NCBI GenBank assembly: GCA_934255455.1 | Contig: CAKQNS010000002.1 | Location: 11,007-75,006 of the forward strand | From: an uncultured Alphaproteobacteria bacterium | GTDB taxonomy: Bacteria > Pseudomonadota > Alphaproteobacteria > Rs-D84 | Direction of reading: 5' to 3' | Length of the DNA stretch: 64,000 nt | Shown: positions 27,455 through 36,974 of the stretch, piece by piece | Numbering within the stretch: the stretch's first letter is position 1 | How the letters are laid out: the number at the start of each line of letters is the position of its first letter | Notes under the pieces: generated by a model | Databases searched by the model: none | What the model saw: only the letters and a program-made list of their open reading frames with translations | Told to the model about the DNA's origin: nothing | Made by a program: the position numbers and the translations under genes

Positions 27455-29434
27455 ATGACAGAAAATAATACACACACATACGACGCATCAGATATTCAGG
27501 TACTGGAAGGTTTAGAGCCCGTTCGTCTGCGCCCCGGCATGTATATTGGCGGCACCGACGAAAAGGCATGGCATCACCTGCCGATTGAAATTATGGACAA
27601 CTCGATTGACGAGGCGGTGGCCGGTTTTGCCAAGAAAATCACCGTAAACCTGATTGATGCCAAAACAATTGAAATTACCGACGATGGTCGCGGTATTCCG
27701 GTTGATGAACACCCAAAATACCCGGGCAAATCCGCGTTAGAGGTTATTTTAACCACACTGCATTCGGGCGGTAAATTTAACAACAATGTTTATAAAACCA
27801 GTGGTGGTCTGCACGGCGTGGGCAGTGCGGTCGTAAACGCGTTGTCGCAAGAGATGATTGTGACAATTTCCCGCGATGGATATGAATGGCACCAAACTTT
27901 TTCACGCGGGAAACCTACAACCGCAATGACCCGCGGTGATGCAACACGGGCGCACGGAACAAAAATCCGCTTTACCATTGATGACGAAATATTCGGCGCA
28001 AATGCGGTGTTCAAACCGGTCAAGATTTACCGTATGGCGCGTGCGAAATCTTTCCTGTCGCGCGGGGTCAAAATTGATTGGCATTGTAATCCAGAATTAT
28101 TGACCGAGGATATGAACATCCCCGCCGATACGACATTCTATTACCCGGGTGGTGTGGCCGATTTCTTGGACGAAAAAACCCGTGACAAACCACGCATTTT
28201 GCCAAAAATTTTCAGTGGCAGTGTTGATTTCCCGGACGATTCCGGTCGCGTGGAATGGGCGTTGACGGTGTTGACCGATGAAAACGGAGCGGCGTCTGAC
28301 GATGGATTTTTTGCATCATATTGCAATACAATTGCAACAATTGATGGCGGCACACACGAAACCGGATTCAAGGCCGCAATTACCAAGGGGATAAAGGCAT
28401 ACGGCGAAAAAGTAAACAACAAATCCGCCACCACAATCATTGGTGATGATGTATTTGATTCGGTCGCCGCAATTGTATCTGTGTTCTACAAAACACCGCA
28501 ATTTTTGGGCCAGACCAAGGAAAAATTATCTAACCCTGAAATTGCACGATACACTGAAAATGCCCTGCGCGACCCATGGGAAATATTCTTGGCATCCGAC
28601 CCCAAAACGGCAAACGCGTTGTTGGATTTTGTGGTAAACCTGGCAAATGCCCGTATCAAAACCAAACAGGTCAAGGATATTGCCCGCAAAACCCCGACCA
28701 AGCGCGCCCGTATGCCGGCGAAATTGGCCGATTGTTCAAAACACGGAATCGAAGGCACCGAATTATTTATTGTCGAGGGCGAATCTGCGGGCGGCACTGC
28801 AAAACAGGCGCGCGACCGTGCGACCCAGGCAATTATGCCCCTGCGTGGCAAGGTATTAAATGTTATCTCTAATTCCGACGAACGATTCGGTGCGAACAAG
28901 GAATTAAACGAACTGATTGACATTATCGGTGCCGGCACGGCCAAGGATTGGGATGAATCCAAACTGCGCTATGAAAAAATTATCGTTATGACCGATGCCG
29001 ATGTCGATGGCAGCCATATTGCATCACTGTTGATGGCGTTTTTCTATCAGCACATGCCACAATTGATTTATGGTGGCCACCTGTACCTGTCGTGCCCACC
29101 ACTGTATAAATTCACATGCGGCACAGAATCATTTTATGTTGACAGTGACGAAGAATTGGACGCATTGCAAAACGGCAAATATAAAAATAAAAAGGTGGAA
29201 ATTTCCCGATTCAAGGGTTTGGGCGAAATGATGCCCAACCAGTTAAAGGAAACAACCATGTCGCCAAAAACGCGTCGGTTGATTCGCGTCGACCTGCCCC
29301 CGCGGACGGACGATGGCGCCGAAGACACGGAAAAAACCCGCACAATTGTTTCCGAACTGATGGGGAAAAAGCCCGAATTTCGTTTCCGCTTTATCACTGA
29401 ACACGCACAATTTGTCAAAGATTTGTTTGTCTGA
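27455..29434 (+). CDS. parE: Type IIA topoisomerase ATPase subunit, most likely topoisomerase IV ParE (659 aa); GyrB not excluded
   Basis: GHKL ATPase motifs (…EIMDNSIDEA…DDGRGIP…GLHGVGSAVVNALS…), Toprim (…ELFIVEGESAGG…DADVDGSHI…). The length fits ParE rather than GyrB (~800 aa). Confidence 0.8.
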   Translation: MTENNTHTYDASDIQVLEGLEPVRLRPGMYIGGTDEKAWHHLPIEIMDNSIDEAVAGFAKKITVNLIDAKTIEITDDGRGIPVDEHPKYPGKSALEVILTTLHSGGKFNNNVYKTSGGLHGVGSAVVNALSQEMIVTISRDGYEWHQTFSRGKPTTAMTRGDATRAHGTKIRFTIDDEIFGANAVFKPVKIYRMARAKSFLSRGVKIDWHCNPELLTEDMNIPADTTFYYPGGVADFLDEKTRDKPRILPKIFSGSVDFPDDSGRVEWALTVLTDENGAASDDGFFASYCNTIATIDGGTHETGFKAAITKGIKAYGEKVNNKSATTIIGDDVFDSVAAIVSVFYKTPQFLGQTKEKLSNPEIARYTENALRDPWEIFLASDPKTANALLDFVVNLANARIKTKQVKDIARKTPTKRARMPAKLADCSKHGIEGTELFIVEGESAGGTAKQARDRATQAIMPLRGKVLNVISNSDERFGANKELNELIDIIGAGTAKDWDESKLRYEKIIVMTDADVDGSHIASLLMAFFYQHMPQLIYGGHLYLSCPPLYKFTCGTESFYVDSDEELDALQNGKYKNKKVEISRFKGLGEMMPNQLKETTMSPKTRRLIRVDLPPRTDDGAEDTEKTRTIVSELMGKKPEFRFRFITEHAQFVKDLFV

Positions 29435-29718
29435 TGCGCCGCTGCATACCACTGAAATGGGTGCGGCGCGCATTAGGGGAAACCTGGGGCTGGCGGCGGA
29501 TGCCGATGTTGTGCGATTTTGCCGCGATGCGATTTATGGCGCCGAAATTATCCACCACGGAAAAAATTACTATGCCACACACCGCGATTTGGTGATTACA
29601 ATAAACGCAACATCATTCACGATAATAACCGCACACAAAATCAAGCAGCCACACCAGTGATTGACAATTTGATTTTTTGTATTATATTACACAAGCAATA
29701 AACAAGGAAAATATTAAA

Positions 29719-30234
29719 ATGACAAATTTAAGTAAAGTGGCACAGATACACAAAAGCCATAAAAAGAAGAATACTTATATAGTACACCTGGACGGCGAAT
29801 TTAATATGCCAGCATTCTGGGAAGAATTCAGCAAATCGCCATTGACCATTTTGGCCAAAAACGGCGAAACGGTTCAAGAAGTCGGCCGCTGTATGCGTTG
29901 CACCAAATTCCCAAACCCTGGCGCAATTCAAATGCATCGCGAATATCGCTATTTGGCCAAGGTAGATAAAAAATTGGCGTCAACCGTTGTTGAATATTTG
30001 GACAAGGACACCGGCGCACCGGTAGCATTATTGTACCCAACAGACCTGTATGTGTATGAAGAATATCGTGACAACGATTTCTTGGCACATTTGAATCATG
30101 CGTCACGTCAAGATTTTGCCCGCCAAATGGATTTGCGCACCAAAATGCTGGACAAGGCAATCACCATGGGCCAAGGATTACAAATAACGAGAAAAAAATG
30201 GCAAGCACAAAACACAAAAACACATACATTGTAA
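29719..30234 (+). CDS. Hypothetical cytoplasmic protein, paralog A of a tandem pair
   Basis: ATG 29719 with RBS AAGGAAAA. Shares K(K)NTYIV…DG…FPNPGA…EY…KLAST(V/I)VEYLDKD…PV…LYPT…HLNHA(S/T)R(Q/R)D…RQ with the next gene. No known domain recognised. Confidence 0.55.
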   Translation: MTNLSKVAQIHKSHKKKNTYIVHLDGEFNMPAFWEEFSKSPLTILAKNGETVQEVGRCMRCTKFPNPGAIQMHREYRYLAKVDKKLASTVVEYLDKDTGAPVALLYPTDLYVYEEYRDNDFLAHLNHASRQDFARQMDLRTKMLDKAITMGQGLQITRKKWQAQNTKTHTL

Positions 30235-30632
30235 AAATTGATGGCACAATGGCCGACTTGCAGGCCTTTGCCATGTGCGACCACGCTCCACTGCCAGTCG
30301 TCACATTTAATGGGGCGCCGGTTAAACAAAATGCCGGCGGGTGGATGAACTCGGTTCGTTTTCCAAACCCAGGGGCATCGTATATGTCATCGGAATATAA
30401 AAATATCGTTCCCCACTTTGGCGAAAAATTGGCATCAACAATTGTTGAATACCTGGACAAAGATAACAAAACGCCAGTTGTATATTTATACCCAACAATT
30501 ATTTTGGTTTGTGATGGATATAGTGAAACATATCAAACGCACCTTAATCATGCAACGCGTCGCGATTTGGTTCGTCAAATCAAAAAACGCATGGAAGCAT
30601 TAAATAGAATGGAACAACAAAAACAACTATAA
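30198..30632 (+). CDS. Hypothetical cytoplasmic protein, paralog B of a tandem pair
   Basis: 144 aa. Clear homolog of 29719-30234 (see motifs). Start overlaps the 3' end of paralog A in another frame. Confidence 0.55.
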   Translation: MASTKHKNTYIVKIDGTMADLQAFAMCDHAPLPVVTFNGAPVKQNAGGWMNSVRFPNPGASYMSSEYKNIVPHFGEKLASTIVEYLDKDNKTPVVYLYPTIILVCDGYSETYQTHLNHATRRDLVRQIKKRMEALNRMEQQKQL

Positions 30633-30640
30633 CAAAAACA

Positions 30641-30668
30641 CCGGCAATGCCGGTGCTTTTGTTTTCCC
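30641..30668. terminator. Bidirectional terminator (caccggcaatgccggtg flanked by A/T runs)
   Basis: Between convergent genes 30198-30632 (+) and 30679-32154 (-). Confidence 0.65.
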
Positions 30669-30678
30669 ACATCTTTGT

Positions 30679-32154
30679 TTATTGGATACCGACGCGGAAC
30701 TCGTCACCCCAACCGGCGACGGCCTGGCCGCCAACGGTACATTGCAGGGCATCAAAACCTTTTTCAACTTGATTTTTCTTGACCACATGGCTGGTAACCA
30801 AACCACCGGTCGTTCCCAGTACAACCGCAGCAATGGAATCTGATGCCAAACGTGCGGTGTTGAAATTACCCTCGGCATCTTTCCACACGGTCACCTTGAA
30901 ATCATCTTGCATGCTGTCCAATTTGCTGATGATACCACTGATTTTATTGCGCGATGTTGTTTGCTGAACCGACAACTGCGCCGCCGCGGCGTTTTGCGCC
31001 TGTTGGTTTTGCGCTGAAATAAGCGCACGCAATTGCGCCATTAAACTGTTAAATTTAATCGAATCGCGATTGCTGTCATTTGTACAGAATTCTAAAATCG
31101 CATTGATTTTGTTTTGAATTTCGGCGTTTGTTGCATATTGTTCCAACCAGGCATACAACATATTCAAATCAGATTCCGCACAGGTATATGTGGATTGGTT
31201 GTTATTATTTTGCACAACTGTGGCGCCAACACAACTGCGGCTTGATGCATTAAATGTTTTTGTCGCATCAACACATGTGCAATTCGTACCGTTCCATGTT
31301 GCAACCGACGATGGCATATAACAACATGCCTTGCCCTCGGCCGAGGAACGCGAATTCAAACATTTTTGCAACGCGCCACTTTGTACGACGCCCTTGGCCA
31401 CACATTTTTTGTTGACTGCGTCCCACACATGTTTATCGCCACAATTGCATGCCGTGCCATTCCAATTTGTAGGCTCACCCCGGGCGGCGGCCGCCACACA
31501 ATCGGACTGGGCCGCGGTCGCGCCACCATTTGATGTGTTATTACTTGCAATGCCCGCGACCGAACATTTGCCATTATTTACCACCATACCTTCAATACAC
31601 TTGGTCGCCTTGCATACAAATTTTGGTCCCTCGCGGCAAACACCTTCAAATTCAACACCATTTTGATCGGTCATTTCAATACCGCTGCATTCGATTTTGG
31701 TCAAAACACGTACGGCGCCATCCTTCATCAAATGTTGTCCAACCGGAACATCACCAAACGAATTTGTTTTGCAGACGCCGTCCTGCAATTCTTCCCACCG
31801 GTCATTTCCACCCTTGCCACCACGGAATAACAATTCCGTTTTACAGATGTACGATGCCTTGTGATTGATTATTTGTCCCTTGAATACATGTCCGACCGGC
31901 ATAGTCACAGATTGCCCCGTGGTATACCCACCAGAATTATATGCGTCACATTCGTATGCGTACCCACCACCAGAATTTTTATGTCCGGTCGTTTCATACC
32001 CATTTTTCGCCATATTATACTGTGTCGCATTTTCATACAAAAATTCGTCATCATCTGGTTTTTGTGAACCCTCGTAACTGATGATGGTTGCGCCGGCCGC
32101 AAATACCGACATTGGTGCCATTGCCAAAAACAAAACTGCTAGTATTTTTTTCAT
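30679..32154 (-). CDS. Secreted cysteine-rich repeat protein (hypothetical)
   Basis: Signal peptide MKKILAVLFLAMAPMSVFA. About 30 Cys. Internal duplicated unit (T/N)WNGT(A/N)C(N/T)C(G/V)D…(K/S)(K/R)CV(A/G)…VVQ. Cys-free Gln/Ala-rich C-terminal ~150 aa. Confidence 0.6.
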   Translation of the reverse strand: MKKILAVLFLAMAPMSVFAAGATIISYEGSQKPDDDEFLYENATQYNMAKNGYETTGHKNSGGGYAYECDAYNSGGYTTGQSVTMPVGHVFKGQIINHKASYICKTELLFRGGKGGNDRWEELQDGVCKTNSFGDVPVGQHLMKDGAVRVLTKIECSGIEMTDQNGVEFEGVCREGPKFVCKATKCIEGMVVNNGKCSVAGIASNNTSNGGATAAQSDCVAAAARGEPTNWNGTACNCGDKHVWDAVNKKCVAKGVVQSGALQKCLNSRSSAEGKACCYMPSSVATWNGTNCTCVDATKTFNASSRSCVGATVVQNNNNQSTYTCAESDLNMLYAWLEQYATNAEIQNKINAILEFCTNDSNRDSIKFNSLMAQLRALISAQNQQAQNAAAAQLSVQQTTSRNKISGIISKLDSMQDDFKVTVWKDAEGNFNTARLASDSIAAVVLGTTGGLVTSHVVKKNQVEKGFDALQCTVGGQAVAGWGDEFRVGIQ

Positions 32155-32284
32155 TCTCTTTCTCCGTAATCATGGGACGCGGTGCATTCCCATTCATATT
32201 CATCGTGTATATTTTATCATAAAACAGGCCCCAATCCAAGAGATAAACTTAAAATTAAAACCGCGCCATTTGCGCGGTTGTGCA

Positions 32285-33568
32285 TTATTTGCATTCGGCA
32301 ACCAATTGATTTATTTGCGCCGCCAAAACCAAATCTGTCTGTTTTTGTTTTTCAATTTGGGAAATAGCATATACAACCGTCGCATGGTCGCGACCGCCAA
32401 CATAACCGCCAATTTCAGACAACGACAACCCTGTTGCAGATTTCAACACCGCCATCATAACCTGGCGCGCCATAACCAATGCGCGACTGCGTCCACGGCC
32501 ACATACCGCATCATACGAAACACCCAATTTTTCGCACATTGCACGCACCATAGAAATTGGTGTTTTTGCGCGTTGTAATGTGTCGGCCAACAAACGCGAC
32601 GCAACATTCATGTCAACCGGCATTCCCATCAAATCATTATATGTTTTGATTTTCATAATAACGCCGCGAACTAAATGACCATCGGCCGCCGTGCGATGCG
32701 CCAATTCGGTTGCAACATCCGACGCAACCCCCGCACGCAACAACATTACACGACGAACATTTTCATTTGGTTGAACCATATCTGCAACCAAGCCCGACGC
32801 CATCAACGATTGTGCACGACGATCAAAACCAGTCAAATTACCCGGTGCCGCATTTGCCGTTAAAACGATGTTTTTACCGGCACTGCGCAAATCCATAATC
32901 AGTTGCATAAATTCTTCGCATGTGGCACGTTTACCAGCCAACATTTGAACATCATCCATAATAAATGTATCACAATTGCGGCAGTAATCTTTGAATGCGA
33001 AAATTGTGCGGTCATGCAACGCGCGTGCAAATTCCGAAACAAAATTACCACCAGTCATCATAATGGTGCGACCCACCGCAGCCGAATTGATGCAACGCGC
33101 CAACAACGATTTACCGCAACCCGCCGGGCCATAAATAAACAACGGCGAGAATGGTACACACCCCGCCGCCAATTTTTTGCATGCCGACACGACAAACGCA
33201 TTTTCGTCGGACGCAACAAATTCTTCGAATGTTGCGGTTGTCGCATCATCAGTCGCGCGCGCCGCCGGTGCATAGGATTGAACCGCGTTATCATTCGCAA
33301 CGGTTGCCGGCGCAACCGCCGCACCGCGCACCGCAATGCGCACCGCCAAACCAAATTCCGCCGCAACCGCGTTTAATGTTGCACCATGCACCCCCGAAAT
33401 AAAATCGGCCGAGAATTGATTTTGCGCGGTCAACACCAGTGTATTATCAGCAATTTCAAAATTCAGTGGGGAAATCCAGGACGAGAACGCAGCAGAATCC
33501 ATTTTTGCGGCAATGGCCCCCTTGATAACTTCCAAGTTAGTCATTTTTATTGTCGCCGCTGCCTGCAT
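32285..33568 (-). CDS. dnaA: Chromosomal replication initiator DnaA
   Basis: N-terminal domain (…FSSWISPLNFEIADNTLVLTAQNQF…), AAA+ (IYGPAGCGKSLL, …DDVQML…), C-terminal DNA-binding helix-turn-helix (…LSLSEIGGYVGGRDHATVVYAISQIE…). ATG 33568 chosen for its strong RBS AAGGAAGGAG; the ORF track starts at GTG 33628. Confidence 0.85.
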   Translation of the reverse strand: MQAAATIKMTNLEVIKGAIAAKMDSAAFSSWISPLNFEIADNTLVLTAQNQFSADFISGVHGATLNAVAAEFGLAVRIAVRGAAVAPATVANDNAVQSYAPAARATDDATTATFEEFVASDENAFVVSACKKLAAGCVPFSPLFIYGPAGCGKSLLARCINSAAVGRTIMMTGGNFVSEFARALHDRTIFAFKDYCRNCDTFIMDDVQMLAGKRATCEEFMQLIMDLRSAGKNIVLTANAAPGNLTGFDRRAQSLMASGLVADMVQPNENVRRVMLLRAGVASDVATELAHRTAADGHLVRGVIMKIKTYNDLMGMPVDMNVASRLLADTLQRAKTPISMVRAMCEKLGVSYDAVCGRGRSRALVMARQVMMAVLKSATGLSLSEIGGYVGGRDHATVVYAISQIEKQKQTDLVLAAQINQLVAECK

Positions 33569-33627
33569 GTCGTTTCTCCTTCCTTTCAGAGTTTCCTGCC
33601 AGCGCAAGAGTGTAAAAATCACCTGCA

Positions 33628-33671
33628 CATAAACGCTAAATTTTACTGTTCCATAAAATTTAGTGTTTATG
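33628..33671. promoter_or_regulatory. 18-bp inverted repeat (cataaacgctaaatttta-N8-taaaatttagtgtttatg) ~60 bp upstream of dnaA
   Basis: Near-perfect palindrome in the dnaA 5' region, followed by an AT-rich 200-bp intergenic stretch. Confidence 0.4.
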
Positions 33672-33873
33672 TTAGCCCTACTTTACAACCCTCTCGCTTT
33701 GGTGACTGAGATGTTTACTCTCAATCGTTTTGGATACGTCAGTTAAGTTATAAGATAAATTTTGATTTTCAACCAAATGTTAAACAATTTTTTAACATTT
33801 ATTTTTTGACAACGATTCGTTTTTTTGCCAGATTTCCGCCGTTTGTATATACAATGTATAGACAAGAAAATAT

Positions 33874-34905
33874 TCATATACGAATATATCCACTGTCAAC
33901 TTTTCGTACCAAACCCTGTAATTCCAGCACAACTAAATCGCGCTTAATTTCCGAAATATTTTTTTTGACAATTTCTGCCAATACAGATTCGGACACCGGA
34001 ATCGTCCCCAGTTTATCCAACAAGGAATTTTCACCCGTATCTTTTTTTGTTTTTTTCTGCAACGATTGGGAATTATTTTCCAGTTCTGGAAAATCGGGTA
34101 CCCCAACGCACAACTCTGCCGCCCCCGATTTTATCAGCGAATTTGGCCCCGCGCCGCGGGAATCCGCCGGATGCGACGGAATTGCATATATTTTACGGCC
34201 AAATTCCTGTGCGAATCGGGCGGTGTGCATACTGCCAGATTTCTTGTCGGCCTCGCCCAATATCAATTTTTGGCCGATTCCTGCGACCCAGCGATTGCGT
34301 TGCACAAAATTTGATGCAATTGGCGACATGCCAACTGGCATTTCACTGATCACCACCCCGCGCGAAACAATTTCCCAATACAGCGATTCGTTTTCAATCG
34401 GCCAAATGTTATCGCACCCACCCGCCAGAACGGCAATTGTTTGGGCATTGCCATCCGCGCGCAACGCACCACGATGCGCCGCCGCATCGGTACCAATTGC
34501 CATACCAGACACAACCGCAATGCCATGCGCGGCAAAATTCGTTGCCAAATTCGCCATAAATTCCATACCCGCCGCGGTTGCATGACGCGTGCCAACCATT
34601 GCGACGGCCGGGCACCGCAATGTTTCCAAATTTCCGCGTGCCGATAACACCGGTGGATGATTTTTCAGCACCCGCAACGCCGCCGGATAATACGCATCGG
34701 TGTCACATATATAATGTATGTCCAATTCTGCCGCACGGTCCATTTCACGCCGCACCGACGCAACATGCGCATCATCCGCCCCCAGGGACGCCGCCGCCGC
34801 ACGAACATCACCACCGAATCGGTCCAGCAATTTACCATAGTTCACCGGCCCAATATTCGGCATACGCAAAATCAATAATCTTTCAAACAAATCAGACATA
34901 TTCAT
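33874..34905 (-). CDS. dprA: DNA processing protein A (DprA/Smf)
   Basis: Rossmann-like DprA core (…AVAMVGTRHATAAGMEFMANLATNFAAHGIAVVSGMAIGTDAAAHRGAL…ILGEADKKSGSMHTA…) and C-terminal winged-helix-like tail. Confidence 0.85.
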   Translation of the reverse strand: MNMSDLFERLLILRMPNIGPVNYGKLLDRFGGDVRAAAASLGADDAHVASVRREMDRAAELDIHYICDTDAYYPAALRVLKNHPPVLSARGNLETLRCPAVAMVGTRHATAAGMEFMANLATNFAAHGIAVVSGMAIGTDAAAHRGALRADGNAQTIAVLAGGCDNIWPIENESLYWEIVSRGVVISEMPVGMSPIASNFVQRNRWVAGIGQKLILGEADKKSGSMHTARFAQEFGRKIYAIPSHPADSRGAGPNSLIKSGAAELCVGVPDFPELENNSQSLQKKTKKDTGENSLLDKLGTIPVSESVLAEIVKKNISEIKRDLVVLELQGLVRKVDSGYIRI

Positions 34906-34983
34906 ACTATAAGAAATATTACCCATATAATAAAAGTAAAAAAAGCGCCCCAGTCGGGGCGCCAATATAAATGCGACACTATA

Positions 34984-35820
34984 TTACGCTTCCAATGCAC
35001 GGATTAAATCGTCGTAATCCAAATTTGTGCATTCGGCGGGCTTGCCAACCGTATTCCAAATGCTGTTTTCACATTCGGCCTTTAATTCTTTCAGGCTTTG
35101 TAAAAACGCACTGTATTGTGTTGGTTTTTCTTTCTTTAACGCCAACAATTGACTGCGCAGCAATTCATCATCGGCCAATGCCTTTTGTCCCTGGACCTTG
35201 CCGCCAATCAGTTTATTTCCGAACAATTCCATTACACCAACACCAACGCCGGCGCCACCAACCGCGCCACCAACGGTCGCCCATACGCGGGCCTTTTTCT
35301 TGGCATCCAGAATGCGTTGTTGCATTTTGGCCTCGTCCACCCAGGCACCACATGTGATATTTTGTCCCCATTCATAATACTGGGTTGGAATATCCGAAAC
35401 ATCAATGCGCGAATCGGTCGATTTCATACCAACCTTAACAAAGCATGTGTTGTTTTCTGGATTCTCGGTATCCTCGGTCATGGTGGCATAATTTGATGTA
35501 TTGCTGTACCGCGACGCCCAAACGAACGTGTTGCCAACGCCAATATTATTACTTATGCATGCCTTTTTTTCAGCCTCGCGCGTGTCAACAGCCGGCTTTT
35601 CCGGTTCGGTGGGTTCCACACGAACACTGGATTTATTATCCGACGGATTTGACATAGACATAGATGCCATCGCACTCAGTTGCCCCGTTGATGCCGTGGC
35701 ACGCGGTGCACTGGCAACCATTTGCGTCTGCATTGAACGACGCGAATGTCCGGCCGCCTCTAACGCAAACGACGGCGCCACAAAAACGCTGAACACTATC
35801 AAAGAAACTATCGCTTTCAT
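34984..35820 (-). CDS. Hypothetical secreted protein
   Basis: Signal peptide MKAIVSLIVFSVFVAPSFA. Gly-rich GGAVGGAGVGVGV segment. No recognisable domain. Confidence 0.5.
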   Translation of the reverse strand: MKAIVSLIVFSVFVAPSFALEAAGHSRRSMQTQMVASAPRATASTGQLSAMASMSMSNPSDNKSSVRVEPTEPEKPAVDTREAEKKACISNNIGVGNTFVWASRYSNTSNYATMTEDTENPENNTCFVKVGMKSTDSRIDVSDIPTQYYEWGQNITCGAWVDEAKMQQRILDAKKKARVWATVGGAVGGAGVGVGVMELFGNKLIGGKVQGQKALADDELLRSQLLALKKEKPTQYSAFLQSLKELKAECENSIWNTVGKPAECTNLDYDDLIRALEA

Positions 35821-35934
35821 TATGGAATCCCCCACTACTTTGGTGGGTATTATACCACAAAATCGACCAAAAATAAAGGCCAAATGCAATACCGCAAAAA
35901 AATCGGGCCGCAAATTACGCGACCCACAATTGAT

Positions 35935-36522
35935 TTATTTTTTCCATTTCCATTCTATTTTTGATTCCTGGCCACGCAGCAATCGCGAAATATTCGCGCG
36001 ATGGCGCCACAAGCACAGCAAACCAATGGCCAGAAACGCAAATCCAACATTGGTATCAATAACAAAACCCAACACCGGCATCAAACAAAACACCACAACA
36101 GCCCCCAGTGATGAATACCCCGATGACAATGCAACAATCAACCATTCAATTGCACATATAATAAATGTCAATGGACTGACCGCCAACATAACCCCAAACA
36201 GCGACGATATGCCCTTGCCCCCATGAAATTTTAACCAAACCGGATAACAGTGCCCAACAATAGCAACAAAACCGCACCATGCGCCGAACGCGGCGCCACC
36301 AATGTAATTCCCCAAAATAACGGCGACAATCGCCTTGGCCATATCCAATAACCATGTCAGTCCCGCCAGGCGCAGCCCACCAACACGCATAACATTGGTC
36401 GCCCCGATGTTACCACTGCCCACCGTGCGTAAATCGCCCTTGCCCGCGGCCCGCGTCAACAGCAATCCCATGGGTACCGAACCCAATAAATATGAAATAA
36501 TTACAGTAAATGCGTACATCAT
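35935..36522 (-). CDS. plsY: Glycerol-3-phosphate acyltransferase PlsY
   Basis: …YLLGSVPMGLL…GSGNIGATNVMRVGG…GHCYPVWLKFHGGKG… conserved PlsY motifs. Five TM segments. Confidence 0.9.
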   Translation of the reverse strand: MMYAFTVIISYLLGSVPMGLLLTRAAGKGDLRTVGSGNIGATNVMRVGGLRLAGLTWLLDMAKAIVAVILGNYIGGAAFGAWCGFVAIVGHCYPVWLKFHGGKGISSLFGVMLAVSPLTFIICAIEWLIVALSSGYSSLGAVVVFCLMPVLGFVIDTNVGFAFLAIGLLCLWRHRANISRLLRGQESKIEWKWKK

Positions 36523-36595
36523 TTTATTTTTCCTTGATTTTATCTTTGTTTTTTATAGAATACCAAGAAACTTGAATAAATAAAAGGAAAATAAA

Positions 36596-36856
36596 GTGGC
36601 AAATCATAAGTCATCTGAAAAAAGAATCTTGGTCACGGAAAAGAAAAACGCCGTGAACACCGCCCGTCGCAGTGCTGTTAAAACAGCCACGAAAAAGGCG
36701 TTAACCGCAATTGCATCTGGGGACAAGGCCGCGGCAGCAACCGCCGCACGCAGCGCAGAAAGCAAGATTATGAAATCTGCTGGCAAAATTATGCCAAAAC
36801 AACGCGCGGCGCGTAAAATCTCGCGCTTGGCGAAAAAAGTTTCCAAAATGGCATAA
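36596..36856 (+). CDS. rpsT: 30S ribosomal protein S20
   Basis: MANHKSSEKRILVTEKKNAVNTARRSAVKTATKKA… basic alpha-helical protein of S20 size. GTG start with RBS AAAGGAAA. Confidence 0.85.
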   Translation: MANHKSSEKRILVTEKKNAVNTARRSAVKTATKKALTAIASGDKAAAATAARSAESKIMKSAGKIMPKQRAARKISRLAKKVSKMA

Positions 36857-36876
36857 TGCCATTGGCAAAACATATT

Positions 36877-36936
36877 TGGCGCACATTTGGTGCGCCTTTT
36901 GTTGTATAAAAAACGCCCAGCGGGCGTTTTTTCTTT
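36877..36936. terminator. Two consecutive intrinsic terminators (ggcgcacatttggtgcgcc; aacgcccagcgggcgtt) after rpsT
   Basis: Each hairpin is followed by a T-run. Confidence 0.65.
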
Positions 36937-36974
36937 GAGCTATGAACCCTTGCTACGGTAAATTATCGGAGGAA

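Noticed and set aside
33806-36226. Plus-strand ORFs 33806-34585 and 35501-36226
   Set aside because: They are antisense to dprA and to the secreted hypothetical and plsY genes. Composition is artefactual.
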